Assembly (NCBI RefSeq): GCF_964204645.1
Contig: NC_134033.1
Span: 5,728,231-5,792,230 of the forward strand
DNA: 64,000 nucleotides
From: Tubulanus polymorphus
Lineage: Eukaryota > Animalia > Nemertea
Direction: 5' to 3'
Below the pieces are notes generated by a model that was given only the letters and a program-made list of their open reading frames with translations, did no database searches and had not been told where the DNA came from. This document shows positions 58,501-64,000 of this stretch, in pieces. A program made the position numbers and the translations under genes. The first letter of the stretch is position 1; every line of letters starts with the position of its first letter.

Positions 58501-61500
58501 TAGGGGTTCTCTGAATATGCACGGCAGCGCCCAAGGATCCTCAGCCGTGGTAGGGGTGATTTGAAGGTCGGGACTCTCGGAATCATCAATAAACGGAATT
58601 TTACGCCAATCTACATCTAGCACCGACACTTCGGGCTCGTACGGCGGTGTACACTCGGGGTTGTAAGCGTAGTACAACTCCCAGGTTTCCGGAACTCTCG
58701 GTTCCTCGGCGTCGTGGTCTAGGTACAAGTTAACATTCTCCTCTCGCGGTGGACCCTCTTCCAAACCGAACGTGACGCTGACGCCGTCGTTGAACGATTC
58801 CACGTGCAAATGAAGCGGGTACTTCGCTGGGTAGAGCACGGTCAGATCGGGGCCTTTAGTTTGGACCGGGCCGATCATGTACACGCCGTGCTTCTTCATC
58901 TCTTCCGATAAAGTATTCTCGTCCAGTTTTCTATTCGGCTTGGTGATCTTAACGTCTTCGCCGTTCTCGCCGTAGCCGTTTTCAGTTCGCTGTTCGTTAT
59001 GCCGGCGTTTACCGGGCGTTCCTTTGCGGGTAAGTCCCGAACCGGAGCCACCCGATTCGCCGTCCCGCTTGCACGTCCTCAAACGGCCTTGTTTTAGGTC
59101 TAACCAAACGCCTTCCGGGTTAGCGATGCACTCACTCGACAAGGTATCTTCGTCGATCCAACAAGAAACTTCATCCATGTTGTTTGTCAAGTCTGCCTCT
59201 TCATGACGATCGTCATAACCAAAGCATATTTGATGATTATCCCGAAGTTCGTAGCAAATATCCTCGAATTCCAGTAATGGATTTGCGCAGTCCCAGAAGC
59301 TTTGGACGCATCTTTGCTCCGATTCTATCCGCAAGTCCTTGAATATATCGTCCTCTGACAACTGCCATATATCGTCGTTAGATTCAACGTTCACGATTGG
59401 AGCGACCTCTAACGGTTTGATAGCACTCAATTGTGGTAGCATATCGTCGTCGTCGAGATCGTCGACATCGTTATCAAAACCTTCCGCGTCCGTGTCGCAG
59501 TCCGCGAACGGTACGTTATCAAAAGTGAGCGCAGATTTCGATTCGTAAGAGACAGTAAGTTCGCCGATATCTGCGGCAGTCGGAGGTACCCATAAATACA
59601 AGTATTTATCGTCAGGCGTGACCTCGTCATCGCAGACGATGGTATTGACTTCGTATGGTGTGACGTAATCATTGCAGACGGTGGCATCGATCACGTCTGG
59701 TATGACGTCATCATTGCAGACGATCTTTTTTATATCCCCGTGTTCAGTTCTTGCCACTAGCGTGCAGACTGTTACAGCCGATTCCTCCGATTCGGTATCG
59801 CTATAACTCCGCTGTCTATCTAAACACATGCCGATCGTATCATCACGATGTTTGTAAACATCCGCGAAGCGGCACGTGTCGTTTTCGACGTCTAAACTAT
59901 CATTGTCGACGATTGCGCCATCTTTCGCACCGGAGAGCTCGATATCGTTTGCGTCGAACTCGACGAGTTCTTCGAACATAGAATAGTTGATATTATCCAG
60001 AGCATCGCTCGTCGATAGGTCCGAAAACGTATCGGTATGTTTCAGGGGCAGGTAGGACTCATCACCGCGGTCGTCGCACGAATACGCGCTCACTACGTCA
60101 TCGCTATCCGTGCTCGACTCCTCGACCAACGTCTCGTCGCAGTCGCTCCAAGTTTTGTCCGAATCTTCGCAATCGGAATTCGGATCCGATCCGAGCGTTT
60201 CGTCCAGATCTTCGTCCATACTTTTAGTAATGATCATCTCGTTGGTGCGGAAAATATCTTCGAATTCGATATCCGAAACGCGAACGGGACTGTATGCGCC
60301 CGCCTCGCTTCCCGCAGTGGCTTTCTCAGGCATTTCGACTATCTGTTCGTCGATGCTGGAATCGGGCTGGAGGCGAGCTGGCCCATTGTACGTAAACAAA
60401 GATCCAGTACTGGCCCGACGCTTAGGAGATATGGCACTGTCTGAATACTTTTCAAACATGGCCACTCGGGTTCGAACGATGTTTTGATCAATCGGTGCAT
60501 CCGTATCTTCATCAAAATCTGTATGGTCGGCATTCGGTTCCGATGACGACTTCGAATCATTCTTCCATTCCGTATCTTCCAAGTGTTCGCGTATCATACC
60601 CTTAACAACGGCCAGCAACGCTTCCACGAGAATGCTTTCATCTTCGCCGATTACCGGGTTATTCGCAGCGAAGTCCTCTCTAACTAATTCGCTCATTCTA
60701 AGGCCCTGCTCGCCTTTGTAAACCTCAGTTTCAGCCTTTCTCGTCGACAAGTACGTATCCAATCTTTCCGAAAATGCACAGTCTATTCCACCGCTGAAAA
60801 AGGCTTTCCGCCCGTTTTCGACGTGTTCGTGCGCGTCGAAAAATTTCTGGAATAAACTAGCGACGTTTTCTTCCACTGAACACTCTTCGAACAGGGCCAT
60901 GATTTTCGCTTCTGTTTCGACGTCGTAGTTAGTGCAGCGGCAAACCTTCTCGACCGAGCCGGCTAGTGACTCAACGATCTCACGCAAGCGAACGACGTTA
61001 GTTTTGACGTCGAAGTTGAGTACGCTTTCATATCTGATATCTTTCGGCAAATCGCTGCTGGTCGATGATGGCTTTCCGGTTAGTCGCGCGACGGACGCGT
61101 CTGTTAGCGCGACCTTTTGACAGACGATCGCCTTATCGATACAAACGCCAGAATCGTCCGAAAGCTCGGCCTCTTCTTGCAAATGACCCCTCCAGAAATC
61201 GAACACGCGCCTGGTGACGTCACTACTCGATCGCTGCCCGGCGTGGGACGTGTCCTCGTTCTGGTCGCTTACGTCATTTCTGTTTGGCTCCTCGGTTTCG
61301 CTGTCAGAATTGTCGGTTTCAGGTTTTCCTTTATTCTCGAATCTGGCGACCAAATCCGACACTCGGCGCCGACTAGTGTAGACGGCTTCCTCGACCGAAC
61401 TCGTCAAATCGGACCAATTCGATTCTACCCGCCGCACCACGTCGGCGACTCTACTCTTCAGCGTTAACCCTTTTGCCCCGGTTCCCGCTCGCTCTTCGGC

Positions 61501-62008
61501 GACGTCGTCCCGGTGATGCGTACCCGGATCGCCGTACTCCGGTCCGAGCACGACCCATTCTTCGTCGTGCGTATCTTGGAACAGGACGTCTCCGTTGATA
61601 GCGGCGCCGTTTTGGTTATTGTTGTTGTTATCGTCGCTCGAAGTTATCAGGAATATCTCGTCCAACGTGAAGTCGTTGTCGACGTCTTCATCCGAATCGG
61701 GCTGTTGAGCGACCGCCGAACCGTCCGCGCAATAAATCTCTTCCGTATCGAAATCTAGCGAGCTCCGTGCGCCATCTACATTCGAAATCGAAATATTTCT
61801 ATTCGTCGGCGATTGGCAACTAGCGTACGATTTGTCGGTATCGAAACACGGTTCGCTGCAGATCGACGGAGTTCGTTTCGTATTACAATTATCGTAACGG
61901 TGCCAATATTGATCTCCGTTGCGCCCTCTATCGATGTCATCCACGTACTTGTATTCTCCGGAAGTAACGTATTGCAGTTGTTTGTGATATTCATCTTCGG
62001 ACGGAAAA
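55594..62008 (-). CDS. Giant (6.4 kb) coding exon of a plakin/plectin-repeat protein; the 5' exons were not identified and probably lie outside the window
   Basis: Open frame of more than 2100 aa starting at acceptor TTTACAG (62009). Acidic disordered region, then a Pro/Lys/Glu-rich tract, then PLEC-like repeats (GVIDPWSKVITLEQAVAKGIID, YVNPLTEFTMSIAEAITKRFI, ITVDEAIEHGYI, IPFRDALVSGFID, PIYEAIQRGYV). Confidence 0.85.
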
Positions 62009-64000
62009 CTGTAAATGAAAGAAAAGAAACAATGTTTTCAATATCAGATTTCAGTAATTGATAGAAGACTGGACTTTTGGTACTCTTCCGACCGCGGGAG
62101 CTTGTCTCTAAATATCTTGCGTGTGCTATATTTTTCGGATCTTTTAACCTGTACAATCAAGATTAGACGTACACGTTCCCTTTGTTTGAAGCTGAAAGCA
62201 GTTCCATCTCATGAATTTAGATTTAGGTCTTACTCGGAATTCATTTTCTTCGAGTTGACTCAGACTAGAGTCGAATTTTAATTCAGAGCCGTCGAACCGA
62301 TATTCTAGGTTCGACGAGTTAAAAAAAAACCCACTACACTATATGTGCGGATTTTAAAAGATTTGAGACGAATTTCATTTATCAGGAATCGAACCATACA
62401 CGACGTTTCTAACCCTCAGTAGAGATCATCTGCAGGACATGTGTCTGACGGTGATCTCTAGTGTGAGTGAGTTCGAAACGTAGAATTCTTGAAAATTCTG
62501 TATTTGACTGGGATTTTCATTTGTTATATCCGTTCTCCACATCAGCGCGTACAAGATCAATTTCGTAAATGTATGGGCCAAGCAAGGCGTTCGTTTGACC
62601 CATAACTTATACATTTGAAGACCCCATCAACCAAAACTGAAATAGCTGGTCCAAGGCGCCTGAAATCCACACATCTTGTCATATATACTATTGTATTCTT
62701 ATTTCTTGTCGACAATAGTCTCTTACCAGTTTCCAGTTCGTAGTCGGTATATGACGGTGTCGGCCACGTATTTGCCTCTGTCGGAGAAATCTTGTAAGTT
62801 CGACGAATTGACGAGCAGACGATAGATAACGAGATTTCGTTCAAACGACTGAAATTATTGAAAACGCTTACTCAACTTCAGTTCGTTAGAAAAACTGATT
62901 AGGGCTTTCGAGGCAGGTGTCAATCTGCTAAGAGTCTTCACCCTCAGACATTCTAAATCGCAAATGAAAGACATGTACTAGACACTAGGCATTTGACATT
63001 CTATCCGCATACTTTTAAAAAGTGACCGTTCCTGCGTCACCTGTCTTCAGAACTTCACCCGAGACATTTTAATTGAAAATTGGAAATGAACTATAAATAC
63101 CAAACTTTAGACATTTTTAGGACATTTCCAAAATTGATCATTCACGCGATCATAAGTGTGTTCAGAACTTCACTTGGGACATTTGAATTCAAAATTGAAA
63201 ATGGACTTATGTACCTGAGGTCTAATAGAAAATGAACTACAAACATCAAACATTAGACATTTTATCAGCGCACTTTCAAAAACTGATCGTCCACGTATTA
63301 CATGCGTTCAGAATTTCAAGCAAACATTTTAATTCAAAGCGAACCACAAACACCAGAGCTCACGTTACATTATCGAATGCACGTATTAAAGGGTTGCTAC
63401 ACAGATACCTGCATAGAGTTATACTACGAGTAATACTTATCAAACAAATGTACAAACCTGCAAAGCCGTTTTGTCGAGTTGCGCCGAAGAATTAATTTCT
63501 TTAACTTCATTGACAAAATACTCCCAGGTACTGAGTAGCGTCGACCTAAGCCTGGAAAAATACAGGAAAATGGCAACGTAATTTCAATGTTGTAAAATTG
63601 AGTTTAGCTTCTTTGATGTTCTAGGCAATTGGCATTGATTGTAGACAACCTTGCCGTTGATGATAGCTGTTTATTTTTTACTCGCTTTTTACCGCGCGTT
63701 AGAATCCAGTTCGAAATATAATTTTTCCGCAATTTCAAGCTCAATTTCAGCCCGTTAGTCACGTACGTATGACTAAGTTATGGGGTCAAGTTACTCGCAT
63801 TGTTCTATATTCAATGTTGACATAACTGTTAAAATGTTCATCGAAATTGAAACGTGAATAAAGTGAAGCGCAATGGTAAAATGAGGACTCCACGTGTGGC
63901 AAGTGAGGGACCCACAAGGTTTCGCGTGCAACAGACGATTGAATGTGTTGCAAGTCAGGATCCGCCAGGTGTCGCTATTGTGCAAAAAGGGTACCTAATA

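Noticed and set aside
62426-62848. Candidate upstream exons of the plakin-repeat gene (e.g. 62848-62727)
   Set aside because: Splice-like signals exist, but I could not build a stop-free, phase-consistent join to 62008.

Overview
Eukaryotic, intron-rich invertebrate genomic DNA: GT-AG introns, no obvious CpG depletion, probably a marine bilaterian, but the taxon cannot be fixed from sequence. Host genes: a secreted laccase-type multicopper oxidase (-), an intronless rhodopsin-class GPCR (+) facing a GPCR pseudogene (-), a minimal astacin metalloprotease (+), tRNA-Thr(TGT), a gamma-glutamyl hydrolase with an unusual N-terminal anchor and stalk (-), a duplicated-module EF-hand protein (+), and a 6.4-kb exon of a plakin-repeat protein (-). 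Mobile DNA: two CR1/L2-group LINEs, a foldback element, several MITE families and at least six dispersed minisatellite families. The most striking object is a 2156-bp DNA transposon nested in the full-length LINE (3017-5172). It has perfect 33-bp TIRs, a 7-bp TSD and remnants of two convergent spliced genes, one encoding a RAG1-N-terminal-like C4 zinc domain. Second is a MITE family carrying CTCF-like motifs near both ends, with one end amplified into a tandem array. All gene models were built by eye, with phases checked, and no database search was run.
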